DNA of 63,200 nt, filler included, from Craspedostauros australis (Eukaryota): the NCBI GenBank assembly GCA_030167865.1. It is 6 parts of 6 records of this genome, joined end to end, with 100 filler letters (N's around TTAATTAATTAA, not from the genome) between each part and the next. Parts side by side here need not be neighbours in the genome. Positions count along the whole stretch, not along the records: positions 1 to 12,388 come from JALAGF010006186.1; positions 12,489 to 14,846 come from JALAGF010006189.1; positions 14,947 to 40,644 come from JALAGF010006191.1; 3 more parts are not named here. One strand, 5' to 3'. Within the stretch, counting starts at the first letter, position 1; every line of letters begins with the position of its first letter. Position numbers and translations under genes: made by a program. Below the pieces are notes generated by a model. It saw nothing but the letters and a program-made list of their open reading frames with translations. It did no database searches and had not been told where the DNA came from. Positions 10,877-23,337 of the stretch are shown here, in pieces.

Positions 10877-12432
10877 TTGCTTGACTTCAGTTTTTTATGT
10901 TGAGATTTAAATTTGATTGAGGCAGCAGTCGTGGTGGCAGTCGAGTAGTGAAGACGACGGCGGTGATGATCATGCCGATGGTCTATCTGGCTCGCTCTGT
11001 GCTGATCGGGAATTGCTCCCAAGTCATGTCCGAAGGGATGTGGTCGTGTCGATGACATTTTAGTCATGGTCGGTACTTGGGAGAGAATGAAACAGGGAAC
11101 AGGACCCTGCATACTCGTGCATGTTGTACCTCTCGATACAACCTCTCTGTATTTTTGAATAAACGCGTTCCCACAGAGTGCATAAATAACGTTCGTTGGT
11201 ACCAGCGGATGCCTGTTCTCAAAAAATATTCTATGTCGCAGTTCCATTGTGTCGAGAACTGAGGTACTGGTTGGAAAATTGCTCACTCCACGGAGGGGAC
11301 AACAACCAGTGATGAATTCGCTCTTTCGAACAATTTGACAACGCTGTCTCGGTTGAAGGGAGCAGCCACACGCATACACAACTTCATGTGACAACAGAGC
11401 ATGGCGTTGGTAGAGTGGCAGAAAAGGCATCATCCCAGATGCGAAGACTGGCGCAGCACAGCGCCCATCGACGTCAGCTCAGCGTGGGTTTATTTCAATG
11501 ACCAGCACACCTTGTGCCATGAGAATGCCCAAACGCGTTGCGAATGGATTTTGATCAAGTCTCAAAGCATCCACGATCCAGGAATCAACACGCTCCAAAA
11601 TTTCAACAATGCTCCTTGTGTGTTAATCCTGGACCCAAACACGGCGATGGATCCGGATCGATCGTGGATCCGGATGGCCATCGCACAACCGAGCACACCA
11701 TCGGAGTACGATCGCGACCCAAGACCGAGCTATCAATAACACGGTGCATCGCGGTAAATCAAACTGAATGAGGATGATCACGACGGATAACACGGGAGAT
11801 GCTGCTGACCCTGCAACTTGGAATCTGACAGAACAACATCTCATCATCAGCTCATGATCCGCAAGTTCAATCAACTCTACAACCAACTAATCGACAAATA
11901 ACGATTACAATTTAACCTCCAAACCAGAGCCCACGATCTCACCACTACACACGCCAGGCTAACAGTGCTGACATCTGGAACCAAAGTCACACTCAGATGT
12001 CATAAGCTCTTGGCGTCATGGCTTGAATCATCGCTGAAGCCGCACGCCGAGCCTCTTGAGGTTCTCCCTGGCCTGCTGTCTCTTCCAGGCCCTGCTCTGA
12101 AGATATGATCGCTTCGCTGCCTTGGCGCGTTGTACCATGTCAGCCGTGAGGTTGACGGGATTGTGATTCGTTCGGGAAGTTGCTTGCCTGTCCGATTTCT
12201 CGGGTTCCGACCGTTTGCTCGCTTGCGACTGTTGTCGTTGTTGGCACTTCACGGTTGCGGATGAATTGGTTGCGTTTGAGTTCCTCTGTGTGGATGCAGG
12301 CGGCGTCGATCGCCGAGGGGGCGTCACAACATCATCGTTGAGGTCCCAATGTGTTCGTTGGCGATACGGATCATCTTCTACCCATGCTNNNNNNNNNNNN
12401 NNNNNNNNNNNNNNNNNNNNNNNNNNNNNNNN

Positions 12433-12444
12433 TTAATTAATTAA
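12433..12444. other. Artificial scaffold-joining spacer TTAATTAATTAA
   Basis: 12-mer with stops in all six frames, flanked by N runs; identical copy at five places in the window. Confidence 0.95.
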
Positions 12445-12488
12445 NNNNNNNNNNNNNNNNNNNNNNNNNNNNNNNNNNNNNNNNNNNN

Positions 12489-14846
12489 GCTGCTGTTGGG
12501 TATGACTTCGGCACGCGCAACACAAACAGATCAAGCATCCATGGATCCCTGAAGCACTCGGACGGGGACGCTTGTTCCCTCGCACTATCCGTGACAGGGA
12601 GTCAAACCACCGAGATGACCGTTGAAGAGAGTCTCGAGTCGTTGACCTCGCATGACGCAGGCTTTCAACAGATCGTGTTTGGTTTCAAGGTCATCATCAA
12701 GGTGGTCAGCACGACCACACAGCCNGTAGTGTTGTANCTNGATGGTGAGTGAACGGTGGCTGTGGCCAATCGCAGTGGACAGTACCAANTGNCATGGTCT
12801 ATTCGTGTGTCATCACAGAATGCAGCAACTCCCCATTTATCTGTTCGCACACTCACAACTATACGCACATGGCCCAATCCGCCGTCCTTCGCATCATTCT
12901 CGCTATTCCGCTCCGCTCCGCCATCCCATCTCATACTTCACCATGCCACACCCAAACTATTTTGATAGATCTGCAATGGGCCGACGACGCGTCATTGAAA
13001 CTCATTGCCGACATCCTCGTGGATACGTCTATCCAGAATTTGCTGTTGATCGGATCCTACCGCTCCAACGAGGTCAACGACGATGATCGGCATCCANNNN
13101 NNNNNNNNNNNNNNNNNNNNNNNNNNNNNNNNNNNNNNNNNNNNNNTATGACTTCGGCACGCGCAACACAAACAGATCAAGCATCCATGGATCCCTGAAG
13201 CACTCGGACGGGGACGCTGGTCCCCTCGCATCATCCGTGACAGGGAGTCAAACCACCGAGATGACCGTTGAAGAGAGTCTCGAGTCGTTGACCTCGCATG
13301 ACGCAGGCTTTCAACAGATCGTGTTTGGTTTCAAGGTCATCATCAAGGTGGTCAGCACGACCACACAGCCNGTAGTGTTGTANCTNGATGGTGAGTGAAC
13401 GGTGGCTGTGGCCAATCGCAGTGGACAGTACCAANTGNCATGGTCTATTCGTGTGTCATCACAGAATGCAGCAACTCCCCATTTATCTGTTCGCACACTC
13501 ACAACTATACGCACATGGCCCAATCCGCCGTCCTTCCCATCATTCTCGCTATTCCGCTCCGCTCCGCCATCCCATCTCATACTTTACCATGCCACACCCA
13601 AACTATTTTGATAGATCTGCAATGGGCCGACGACGCGTCATTGAAACTCATTGCTGATATCCTCGTGGATACGTCTATCCAGAATTTGCTGTTGATCGGA
13701 TCCTACCGCTCCAACGAGGTCAACGACGATGATCNNNNNNNNNNNNNNNNNNNNNNNNNNNNNNNNNNNNNNNNNNNNNNNNNNNNNNNNNNNNNNNNNN
13801 NNNNNNNNNNNNNNNNNNNNNNNNNNNNNNNNNNNNNNNNNNNNNNNNNNNNNNNNNNNNNNNNNNNNNNCAAGGTCAACGAGCTGGCGACGACGCTGCA
13901 CAACAAGACGAAGGGGAACGTCCTGTACGTTATGCAATCCCTGGAGGAGCTTCATAGGAAGCAGATCCTGGCTCGCAACATCCATACCATGCAGTGGGAC
14001 TGGGANNNNNNNNNNNNNNNNNNNNNNNNNNNNNNNNNNNNNNNNNNNNNNNNNNNNNNNNNNNNNNNNNNNNNNNNNNNNNNNNNNNNNNNNNNNNNNN
14101 NNNNNNNNNNNNNNNNNNNNNNNNNNGTTCAACCAGTCCGTGCTGGAGATCTTACTGGAGAAGGAGGCAGAATGGCATCGCTCCAACATCACTGCTGCCG
14201 ATGGGTTGGACCATGGCGGAAACGCCACCGAGGCGGGCAACCTGGAAAGCATCCTGGAAACTGCCACGAAGGAAGGCTTGCTCCAGAAAGTTGGTCCCGC
14301 GCGAACGCAAGCCCAAACGCAAGCCCCGCAGGAAGGGATGGCATTGGCAGACGCAGACAAGAAGAAGCCTATTGACATAGGCACGCGTCCTTCCTCAGAA
14401 GCTGCCGCTGCCGCTACCCCATGCGTGTACAGATTCGTTCACGACCGGATCCAGCAAGCAGCCCATGCCATGNNNNNNNNNNNNAAGGAACTCGAATGTC
14501 TCAGGCATCGCCTCGGGAAGGCCTTGATGGAGCTTACATCACACCCCATTCTGGGAGAGAGCTGGATGGTGTTCGTTGCTGCGGACCAATTCGAATCGAT
14601 GCCGGTGATGTTGCCTCCAGTTGAAGTCGTTTCGCCGCTCGATTTGGTCCACCTCAACCTCACAGCGGGTCAGATGGCAGTCTCAGTCTCTGCCTTTGTG
14701 CACGCATCGAAGTATCTCAACCGAGCCTTACAGATGATCGAAACCATGGTCCATGATGCGTGGGAAACGCAACATGATCTGTGCCTTGAGGTGTACAAGA
14801 CCTTGGCAAAGGTCGAGCTGAGCCTTGGCTACCATGACCGTGGATC
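12489..14846 (+). CDS. Gapped fragment of a COG3899-type AAA-ATPase signalling protein
   Basis: Removing GT-AG intron 13391-13614 (12745-12968 in the duplicate) restores the Walker B region VVLxLD-DLQWADDASLKLI. Also LLLIGSYRSNEV, KTKGNVLYV, YRFVHDRIQQAA, LNLTAG..SAF..ASKYL. Confidence 0.8.
12501..13734 (+). repeat. ~590-bp near-identical direct duplication across an N-gap (12501-13095 vs 13147-13734)
   Basis: Copies share even the ambiguous-base positions and differ by few SNPs; probably an assembly or haplotype artefact. Confidence 0.85.
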
Positions 14847-14890
14847 NNNNNNNNNNNNNNNNNNNNNNNNNNNNNNNNNNNNNNNNNNNN

Positions 14891-14902
14891 TTAATTAATT
14901 AA
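14891..14902. other. Artificial scaffold-joining spacer TTAATTAATTAA
   Basis: Same 12-mer inside N runs. Confidence 0.95.
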
Positions 14903-14946
14903 NNNNNNNNNNNNNNNNNNNNNNNNNNNNNNNNNNNNNNNNNNNN

Positions 14947-16708
14947 GTTCGCGTAGCTCAAACCATCCTTTCCTCATGTCTGTGTTGACAATACCGGATA
15001 ATGGCGTGATGATACGCATTCTCACTCCCAATGGAAACTTCTTCGACTTCGTGCTGTAGTACACTTCCAGTACTTTGGCCACTAGCGCTCGATCCTCCGT
15101 GCTTGATTCCACATGAAGCGCCCTTGGATCTTTCTTNGTGTCCCTGTTGGGATCGTATTTTTCTCCGTCTGCTATCCGCTTCCATGTGATTGCTACCTGT
15201 GTCTTGGCTAGCTTTGTGAGTTCCGCCTCCAGTGCTTCTGCGTCGATCTGTCGGGTGGAGTATAGGAGCCAACCCAGCGTTGTTGTAGAGTGAGCCTGTA
15301 TCTTCGCCACTTCGAACCTTCCTCCGATGTGTTGGAAGTAGTCCGTCAGCTCTCCTGTGATTTTGCTGATAGGTCCTTTCGCTTCGATCTTGACTTTCAG
15401 GTACCCTTTCTCTTTCGCCGCTTTGTAGATTGGCCGCACTCCTTTGAAGAACCTTTTCAAGTTAGTCATATCTGTTGGGAATGACTCCATTGCGTGCACA
15501 ATCGTTTGGTCTTCGTAAGGGTTCCAAGGCAGCAGTTTTGCTGTCGCGTTCACCCGTTGGATTGATCGTAGGAACTCTTTGCATGATGCAATAGCTGCGT
15601 CGATCGCCGTGCCTGCGTCGTTGGCGCCATCTCCTCCTTCGATCATCATCTGTACGTCGCAGTAGCGTGTCTCAATTGCTTCGCTTTCGCGTGCTCGGCT
15701 CCTTCCGATCCCGCTCTCGTTGCTTCCAGCTTGTGTTTCGTCATCACAATCCATTGGTNNNNNNNNNNNNNNNNNNNNNNNNNNNNNNNNNNNNNNNNNN
15801 NNNNNNNNATTGCCTGTGGTGTCGCTGGTATTGCGTTCGTCGTCTTTTCCTTGTCCTCCAGTGCTTTCTCCTGCGTCTTTTCCGCCTCTGGTTCTTCATC
15901 CCGCAGGTCTGTTCGTTTGGCCGGCAGCTCCACCGCTGTTGAATGTCGCGGGCTTCTTTCCGTTCTTTTCTTGCTGCCTCCCTGATTCGGTGTCTCTTCT
16001 CCCGTCTCCGCTGCCGTGTTGTCCCCTCCGGTTCCTTCCTCCCACGTGTCCGCCCATTCGTTCTCTTCGTCGCTGCTCGTGTCCTCCCCCCCTTTCGCTG
16101 CTTTTGTTTCGTTCGTTCCTCCGCTCGTCCCGTCACGTCGTTGCCCTGTCTCTTCTCCATCTTGCTTTCCATTGTCCTTATCTTCGTTGCCCTTCGTTGC
16201 CTTGATCTCTTTCATCTTGCCCCACTTCTTGCTCAACGCCTTGCGTATTGCCTCCGTTGCTGCTCCAACGCTTCGTTGCNNNNNNNNNNNNNNNNNNNNN
16301 NNNNNNNNNNNNNNNNNNNNNNNNNNNNNNNNNNNNNNNNNNNNNNNNNNNNNNNNNNNNNNNNNNNNNNNNNNNNNNNNNNNNNNNNNNNNNNNNNNNN
16401 NNNNNNNNNNNNNNNNNNNNNNNNNNNGGTACGCCGCACATAATACATCGCACAGCTGCTGCTGCCTGTCCTCTTCCCTTGCAGTACTTGCCTGCGGCGC
16501 ATTCTACCTTGTGAATGCCTCGTCCTTGCTTTCCATCTTTCTCGCCCTGTTGGCCCCCGTTAGTCGTCGCGTCTTGCCCTGTCTTCTCCTCTACTCCTCC
16601 TGGTCTGTTGTTCTTCGCCTTGTTGCTGTTGATGCCGCCTCTGACATACGCTTCCATCGGCATTTGGCCCGTTGGACGCGTCATCTTGCTGCTCCTCGTC
16701 GTCGTCAT
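14947..16708 (-). mobile_element. Probable ORF1 of a diatom non-LTR retrotransposon (Ambal-like), gapped and cut at the scaffold end
   Basis: Purine-rich coding strand; N-terminal Cys cluster (CAAGKYC...CIMC); acidic linker; then LLPW..FP..FF..IQA..LGWLLYST..ALHVE..FPLGVRMR, a pattern I associate with diatom LINE ORF1 proteins. No RT is visible here, so the call is unconfirmed. Confidence 0.45.
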
Positions 16709-18493
16709 TTCGTCGTTGTTCTACTGGTTGTTTTTGCTGTTTGGTGTTTGTCTTCAATTTGTTTATTCGTGGTTTATTTGCTGCGACAATTTCTTCCGGA
16801 AGTTGGTTCCATCTGGAAATTGTGTTCTGCCCGAACATACTCGGACACGCACCTCTATCTATCCGCGCGTCAAGAGGTAGATAGACTGCTGCCCCTGCGT
16901 CCATCCATTCGTCCATCAACAGACAGCGGGTCTGCAACAACGTGCGGTTCTGACGCACGTGCTACGACGAAAGATTCCAAACAAGATCCAAACCACGCAA
17001 ACCAAACCCAACAAAATGGAAAAACGAAAACCCGTCGCGAACGAAAAGTGAAACAGATGCATCGTGCATCCGATGACGATGACGATGACAATGACAATGA
17101 CGATGAGAGGACATCACAGACCCACACCAACGCATCCTCTGCTCTGCAAACGAAAGAATCATCTGTTATCTCACTCAACAGCGCCCACAGCTCTTCCGTC
17201 CCTCCCATGCCCACCAGAAACTAGAGTCCTCATCCGATCCGTGTACCGTACAAAACCATTCTACCATACTCACAATAGAGGCCTATCGCATTTCACATTG
17301 GGAGTCCCACGGTACAAAATAACCTGATAATGACATTTTTAGAGGGGCAACATGCGAACTTCCCCCTCGGAAAGTNAAACTCGATTGCGTTTTAGGAGCC
17401 AAAAACACAATTGAGTTTCACATTGCAGTCCCGGCAAGCCAACCTTCCACGTGTTGGCACGAAACCAATGGCCAATCATTTCTCTTCATTTGCAGCAATG
17501 TTGAGTCGTCCTTGTCGTGCTGATGATAGTTTTTATGAGATGCTAGTGATGATGAAACTAGCATTCCGAATGAGGGGTGCATGGAGCGATAGAGAGTGAT
17601 TACGATGTCGAATATGCCTGTAAGCTTCACATATGATATCTGCGCGCAAGTATCAAAGGCCACCTTCATGATCCAGCTGAGAAATCTTTGCTCATTTCCT
17701 ATTTCACCTGATACAACATCCGCGGCGTGTTCCTGATGCTCTGAGGACTAGTGTAGTCAGATACGACCAGGGACTTCTACCAACGCGCATTTCGTATCCT
17801 TTGGAGATCCTGACTGCCATATCGGAAGTCGTTGGTGGTCTCCAACCAACCCAACATGCAATCGCAATAGTTCTGTGTAGACTGCGTGAAGAGCTTCTAT
17901 TGGACAACAAACTGCTGATCTATCTCCATGATACGGTGATCAAGAGGTCTCTGTCGTCGATATGGGCAACAGAGCCTTGAACAAGCCATGAATTATCAGG
18001 GACAAAATGCTTGCGCATATGTTACCGGACCTCTGTTAGTGGCAAAGTTGAGACAGAAGAGATGGCAGCGAAACTCTCACAACACGAAGCTCCTAAGAGG
18101 AGAAAGAGGGATGTGCGTTGCGTGCAACTCAGAGCACACCCATTAACGATCCTACCATCCTTTGGTCTCAACAAGTGATGCGATAACATGCAACGAAGCA
18201 ATCAGATCATGACAGTCTAAACTCGAACTCTATTCTACAGAAGAGAAGCCGATTCAGTCATGTTGGTCGTCTTTCTGTGTTGATCACGAACGAGTCACGA
18301 GTACCAATGTGAAATCCGAACGTGAGTGCCACATGTGACATGAACACAGGGGTGTGAATGTGAAATGCGATAGGCCTCTAATCTCCCATTAACCTCACAA
18401 AAAGCCCATCCTCATCACGGATACTCGACACACGTAGTATAGTGTATAATACATCTCATCAACACCCAACACCATAGTCGCACATCAACAACC

Positions 18494-19398
18494 ATGTCCA
18501 CCGAAGAATTCTGGAACGTCGCCAAGCCCATGATCGATGTGACAGAGAAGCATCCCTTCCTCGTCGCCATGGTCGATGGTACCCTCAAGGAGGAGAACTT
18601 CAAGTACTACGTCGTCCAGGACACCCTGTACCTCAAGGAGTTTGCCGACTGCCTGACCCGTCTCTCCAAGTCGGCCTCAACGCCGGAAGATGCCAAGCAG
18701 CTGGAGCACTTCGCCCATGATGCGGAGCATGCCGAGCTGGATCTGCACAATTCTTTCTTCAAGGAATGGAACATCTCGGCGGAAGGTGCCACCGAGATGC
18801 CCAACTGCCTTCTCTACACCTCCTACATGAAGCGCATCGTGGCCACCAAGTCCCACGCACATGGATTGGCCACCCTCTTGCCATGCTTTTGGGTTTACAT
18901 GCACGTTGGCAAGTGCATGCTCAAGCTGCGTGAAGAGCTGGGCGATAGGTGAGAGTCGTGTTGCTGTTCTGTTCTGTCTTCGATTGTGTGCCATGTCGCG
19001 CAGTGGCGTGATGTGTCGTACAAGTATTGCGTTGATTTTCTCCATTATGTGTGTTCGACTGAGTGAATGCCTTGCCGCACCATCTCATCCCATCTAACAC
19101 CATACCCACTCCACCTCCATCGACTCCACACGCACTCCGTGTTCACCCATTGCGTCCCACACAACACAGCGTCAAACGCCCACCTCAGTTCGATGCCTGG
19201 ATCGACATGTACGGCGGAGAAGAGTTCGAGAAAGAAGTCACCACATACATCGCCATGGTGGAGGCAGCCATCAAGAAGGCTGATGAGAAGACCGTCAAGG
19301 AGATGCAGGACTGCTTCCTCATGTGCTGCAAGTTGGAGCACATGTTCTGGGATCAGGCCGATACCCTCCTCAAGTGGCCAGATCTGGGTGGTTTGTAG
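18494..19398 (+). CDS. tenA: TenA/THI-4 family thiaminase II (aminopyrimidine aminohydrolase); exons 18494-18948 and 19170-19398
   Basis: HPFLVAMVDGTL..FKYYVVQDTLYL, LLPCFWVY (catalytic Cys), WIDMY, LEHMFWDQA. A GT-AG intron at 18949-19169 joins in frame (LGD-S-VKRPP). Confidence 0.92.
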
Positions 19399-19653
19399 GT
19401 CAGCAATGCCACAGATCCTTTACCAACAATGGCAGCAATGAATCAATTTTACAATCGTCTTCGGCGTCCAGCTCATGCGATTCGAATAGTCCCTTTCAGC
19501 AACATCAACCATTCTCCTCTCTCGTTATATCAATAGAGACTAGAGTAAGCCAATTGCAATTCTAAAATGAACGTCAAGATGTTCAACGACTATGCTAGCT
19601 GCACCATCCCACCACTAGACGCCATAACACGGTGCTCTGCAACAACACGCTCT

Positions 19654-21105
19654 TCAGCTCTTCGTTTCGCGTCGCACGGTCGGAAACGGATTGGTATCAT
19701 CGTCCGTGTGCATCCGTCTCCAATCGCGTGTCCGCCGCCCATAGGGACAGCTCAACGGCCGCAAGTACGTTTTCTGATCATTGATGAGAAGCCGGCACGT
19801 GCCTGTCGCTGACGCAGGCAGACGCGGTTGTTCCAATCGCTGCGGCAGCGCGTCGTACCCCAACTGCTGCAGGATGGACACGCCCTCGTTGTCGAATTCG
19901 GATTGCACGGCACGATCCTTCAGCTGCTGGACTTGGTCCACCGTGAATCGTCGCAGCGACTTGCCGAATTTGGGACTCACGTTCGTCGCGGATTGGTATC
20001 CGTACGTGCCATGTTGCAGGACCTGCGCGATGCGGCGTTGCCAGAGGGCAGCGTCGTCCGCATTGCCACAAAATTGCATTATGCGTTCCAACTGTTGCTG
20101 CGGTTGCGATATCAGATCTTCGTACCGCACCACCAGCAAGGGGGCCGCATGTTGTTTGCGCAAGTAGAATTCATGAAATTGCGTCCAGACTTTCATTTCA
20201 TTCTGGAACAGCGCCCAATAGAAATCCCAATGGCGCAGGTAGACGTCTTCCGTGACCTTTTCGGTGTGCGTGTTGGTGACGCACAGATTCCAGTAGGAAT
20301 CGATGGCATCGTAGGGATTGCGAACCAGCAACACGACGCGGTTGGCGTGGTACTTCTGGCATCCATTGCGTTCCGGCCAGTGCGTTTTGCAAATTCCAAT
20401 GGAAGGATACACCACCGTCGTTGTTGACGTTGCTGCAGAATTCCATCGTTTGCGATGGCAAATGCCTTCTCCCACCAACCCATGCAAGTTCGCCAACGCG
20501 AGGGATAGCGTGCGGTCGGGACGCGTGTCGGATCCTGTGACGATGCCGGTGATTTGTTCGAGGTAACTTCGAACCAAGGAATTGCCAGATCGTGGATAGC
20601 TGGCCAGCAAGGTGATGCCGTCTTGGAACATGTGGTCATCGTTGCGTGACAAGAATCGGAGCAAGGCTGGCAGCGGTGGCAGTCGCGCGGCATCTGCTCG
20701 TATGTTCGCAGTGAGAGTTTCCGTGTTGCGCATTGATCCGGAGTCGATCAAGGCCTCGGATTGGGCCAATTGAGTGACCGTGAGGTTTGTGGGAGGGCGC
20801 CGAGACTGCCGTGATCCTCCAATCGCGTTGCTTCCGGTATCTGCACATCCGCATCGCGCGCACAACGTCCTCGTATTGCGTTGATCCAACCGCACCGTCG
20901 CATCCTGAACGGGAATGGCGATGAACTTGTGACGATTGCGAGCATCATTGCCGGCACCTCTCAATACGATATCATCCGGACGCAAGCGGAAGACCGGCAG
21001 CAGCTGGAATGCCCAGCGGCGTTGCGTGATGAGCAGACTGCAGCCATCCGCCTCGGAAAGGAAGGACAGGATCACGGACAGCGCGTATCGTTCGATGGTG
21101 TCCAT
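19654..21105 (-). CDS. PAPS-dependent sulfotransferase-domain protein
   Basis: 5'-PSB motif LASYPRSGNSLVR; KTH; 3'-PB motif VRNPYDAIDSY; VRYEDL. Confidence 0.88.
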   Translation of the reverse strand: MDTIERYALSVILSFLSEADGCSLLITQRRWAFQLLPVFRLRPDDIVLRGAGNDARNRHKFIAIPVQDATVRLDQRNTRTLCARCGCADTGSNAIGGSRQSRRPPTNLTVTQLAQSEALIDSGSMRNTETLTANIRADAARLPPLPALLRFLSRNDDHMFQDGITLLASYPRSGNSLVRSYLEQITGIVTGSDTRPDRTLSLALANLHGLVGEGICHRKRWNSAATSTTTVVYPSIGICKTHWPERNGCQKYHANRVVLLVRNPYDAIDSYWNLCVTNTHTEKVTEDVYLRHWDFYWALFQNEMKVWTQFHEFYLRKQHAAPLLVVRYEDLISQPQQQLERIMQFCGNADDAALWQRRIAQVLQHGTYGYQSATNVSPKFGKSLRRFTVDQVQQLKDRAVQSEFDNEGVSILQQLGYDALPQRLEQPRLPASATGTCRLLINDQKTYLRPLSCPYGRRTRDWRRMHTDDDTNPFPTVRRETKS

Positions 21106-21591
21106 CCCGGAGATTGTGCGGGTGCGGATGCGGATGGTGAGACTGTGATGATGTCTTTATGAATGAAACGGAGGGCTCGGCTGTTGATGTGGAGACAGTA
21201 CTGTATCCTGTGACCAACCATGATCGTCGCCATCTCCACCCCTCTCTGTCATTCGTTCATTCATTCATCATCACGTTGTTGCATGTCCTGCATCGTGTTT
21301 CGCACTTGGTTTCGCGCCACAATCGTTCCAATGAGAAGCGACACTGACGGCGGCCAGACTCAGTAGTCACACCCAAGTCCCGTGATGGAAACATGAGTCA
21401 TGAATGGGATCGCCGCTGCGTCCATCGTGGAAACACAACGAACACAGCCAGGTCGTTCGCGTTGGTGGCATCGTCATGATGACTTCTGTCGCCACGACAA
21501 AAAAGAAGCTCACAAACAAATAAAAAGAGAACGACAGATACAGAATTGCAACATTGTTCATACTCGCACAACGGAGCAGACAACGTTGAGA

Positions 21592-23337
21592 ATGCCGCCA
21601 TCATCCGCAGACGCAACGCCGAAGGGACAGGAGGCACAGGTGGACGATGCCGCGGTGGATGCAGGAGTCCAACGGCTGCTGGTGGGTGCGGATCTGGGCG
21701 GCGCCATGATCGATCCGTCCTCCATGAAGGCCCTCCAGGATCTGGTTCGTCAGCGCAAGGCTGCTGCTGCTGCTGCTGCGGAGACCAGGATGGATGATGT
21801 GACGACGTCTGCGGAGGAGGGTGCCGTCGAAGGCGCAGTACAGAGGGACATTCCGAATGAGGAACGCAAGATGCCACCATTCTCTGACGCCTTGTCGTCC
21901 ACCACGCCGCCTTCCATGCCGGTGCCTCAGCTTCAGCCTCCACCAGCGAAAGAGGCACCAACAAGGGAAGCTCCAGATCCACCAGCAGTAGCAACTGATC
22001 CATTTGTTGCCTACGATCCACCAACCCCGCCGCCTGCTTACATCCCCAAGACAGCATCGTCAGCGGCAGTGGCAACAGGGCCGACCAATGTGCTTCCCTC
22101 GCAAGCCAGTGCTCATGCCAGTGCTAACCCCAGTGCCAGCCCCAGTGCAAGTGTGAGCAACGTCGGCGTTGATGCAAATGCCAGACCCAACAACCACGGA
22201 AACAGCGAATTCGAGGACCGCATCATGCAGCACATGGAGTATCAAACTAAACTCATTTTGGATCTGCACCAACGCATCAATGATCTGCAGCAGCAGGTGC
22301 AGGCGCCACCCGCACAGGATCCGTCCAGGACCTACGTCGAATCGACCACAACTCGTGTCTTTCGCACAGATCAGGATCCACATGCCCATCCTCTGCAGCA
22401 ACGAATGGAACCAATGCGGGCCCTGATTCCTCCGCAATTGCGTGCACTGGTCCACGATCCCGGTGCAATGCAGGCCCAGATGCAGGCGCAAGCGAATGCC
22501 ATGGGTCCGAATGCAAGAGGCATGCCACAAAATCAGGAGCAGCAACAACAGCAGCAACAGCAACAACAACAAGAGGATGCTGTTCCAAGAGAGCCCATCT
22601 GGAAAAGGCTCGGCGATACAATTCTCAACCTTCCTCTCGTGCAGTTGACGTACGTCTTCTGGAAGTACTGCGTCCCGCCACACATCCGTCTCGTCGATGC
22701 TGGTCTCATCTTCAAGGCGTTCTTCATGGCCGTGGTCATGAGCAACCGCTTGGCATCCAAGTTCCATCACTACGACGACAACAACAACGGTGACCCCAAC
22801 AAGCTCACTGCGCATCAAATGCAGCTCTTGGCAGGCTGCACATTCATCTTCCTCGGCGTCTTCTTTCATCTCGGTTACATCGCCTACGTTTACCGCTTCG
22901 TGGTCCTGGAGAACGTGCCTTTCCGCGTGCTTTACCACGGCGAGAACGCTCTGGAGATATGGAATCCAAATCGCCCACCGCGCAGACGACGACCGCAGCC
23001 GAATGAGCAACCAGATCGCAACAATCAAGATCAGAACAATCCTGCCGTGGCCGCACGCAACGCCATGCTGCATGCTAACAACAACAATGAAGCATTCGAT
23101 TGGCGCCAGACCTTTCTGGGTGGACGTATCGCGGTGCCCAATGCCGAGACCAATGTCATTGTCAAAACGGCGCAGGATATCTTGTACATCGTGGCGAGCT
23201 TCGTCTTTTCCATCTTTCCGATGTGGGATCCGCAGGCCATGGAACGTCAACGGCCGCAGCAAGATGATAACAACAACGGGGGTGGCGATGATAACGATAA
23301 TGGTGACAACGCGCGGGAAGGTGAGGTCCATGGATAG
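21592..23337 (+). CDS. Uncharacterised membrane protein with a Pro/Gln-rich N-terminal half and several C-terminal hydrophobic segments
   Basis: Long ORF with coding-like codon usage, probable start at ATG 21592; hydrophobic segments, and a C-terminal IVASFVFSIFPMW loosely like the HERP/Usa1 C-terminus. Confidence 0.7.
   Translation: MPPSSADATPKGQEAQVDDAAVDAGVQRLLVGADLGGAMIDPSSMKALQDLVRQRKAAAAAAAETRMDDVTTSAEEGAVEGAVQRDIPNEERKMPPFSDALSSTTPPSMPVPQLQPPPAKEAPTREAPDPPAVATDPFVAYDPPTPPPAYIPKTASSAAVATGPTNVLPSQASAHASANPSASPSASVSNVGVDANARPNNHGNSEFEDRIMQHMEYQTKLILDLHQRINDLQQQVQAPPAQDPSRTYVESTTTRVFRTDQDPHAHPLQQRMEPMRALIPPQLRALVHDPGAMQAQMQAQANAMGPNARGMPQNQEQQQQQQQQQQQEDAVPREPIWKRLGDTILNLPLVQLTYVFWKYCVPPHIRLVDAGLIFKAFFMAVVMSNRLASKFHHYDDNNNGDPNKLTAHQMQLLAGCTFIFLGVFFHLGYIAYVYRFVVLENVPFRVLYHGENALEIWNPNRPPRRRRPQPNEQPDRNNQDQNNPAVAARNAMLHANNNNEAFDWRQTFLGGRIAVPNAETNVIVKTAQDILYIVASFVFSIFPMWDPQAMERQRPQQDDNNNGGGDDNDNGDNAREGEVHG

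Noticed and set aside
17670..17735. TPP-riboswitch-like words (GCTGAGA..CACCTGAT..GCG) about 800 bp upstream of tenA
   Set aside because: No P5/L5 UAAU hairpin and no AGG to close P4; probably chance. An Infernal RF00059 search would settle it.
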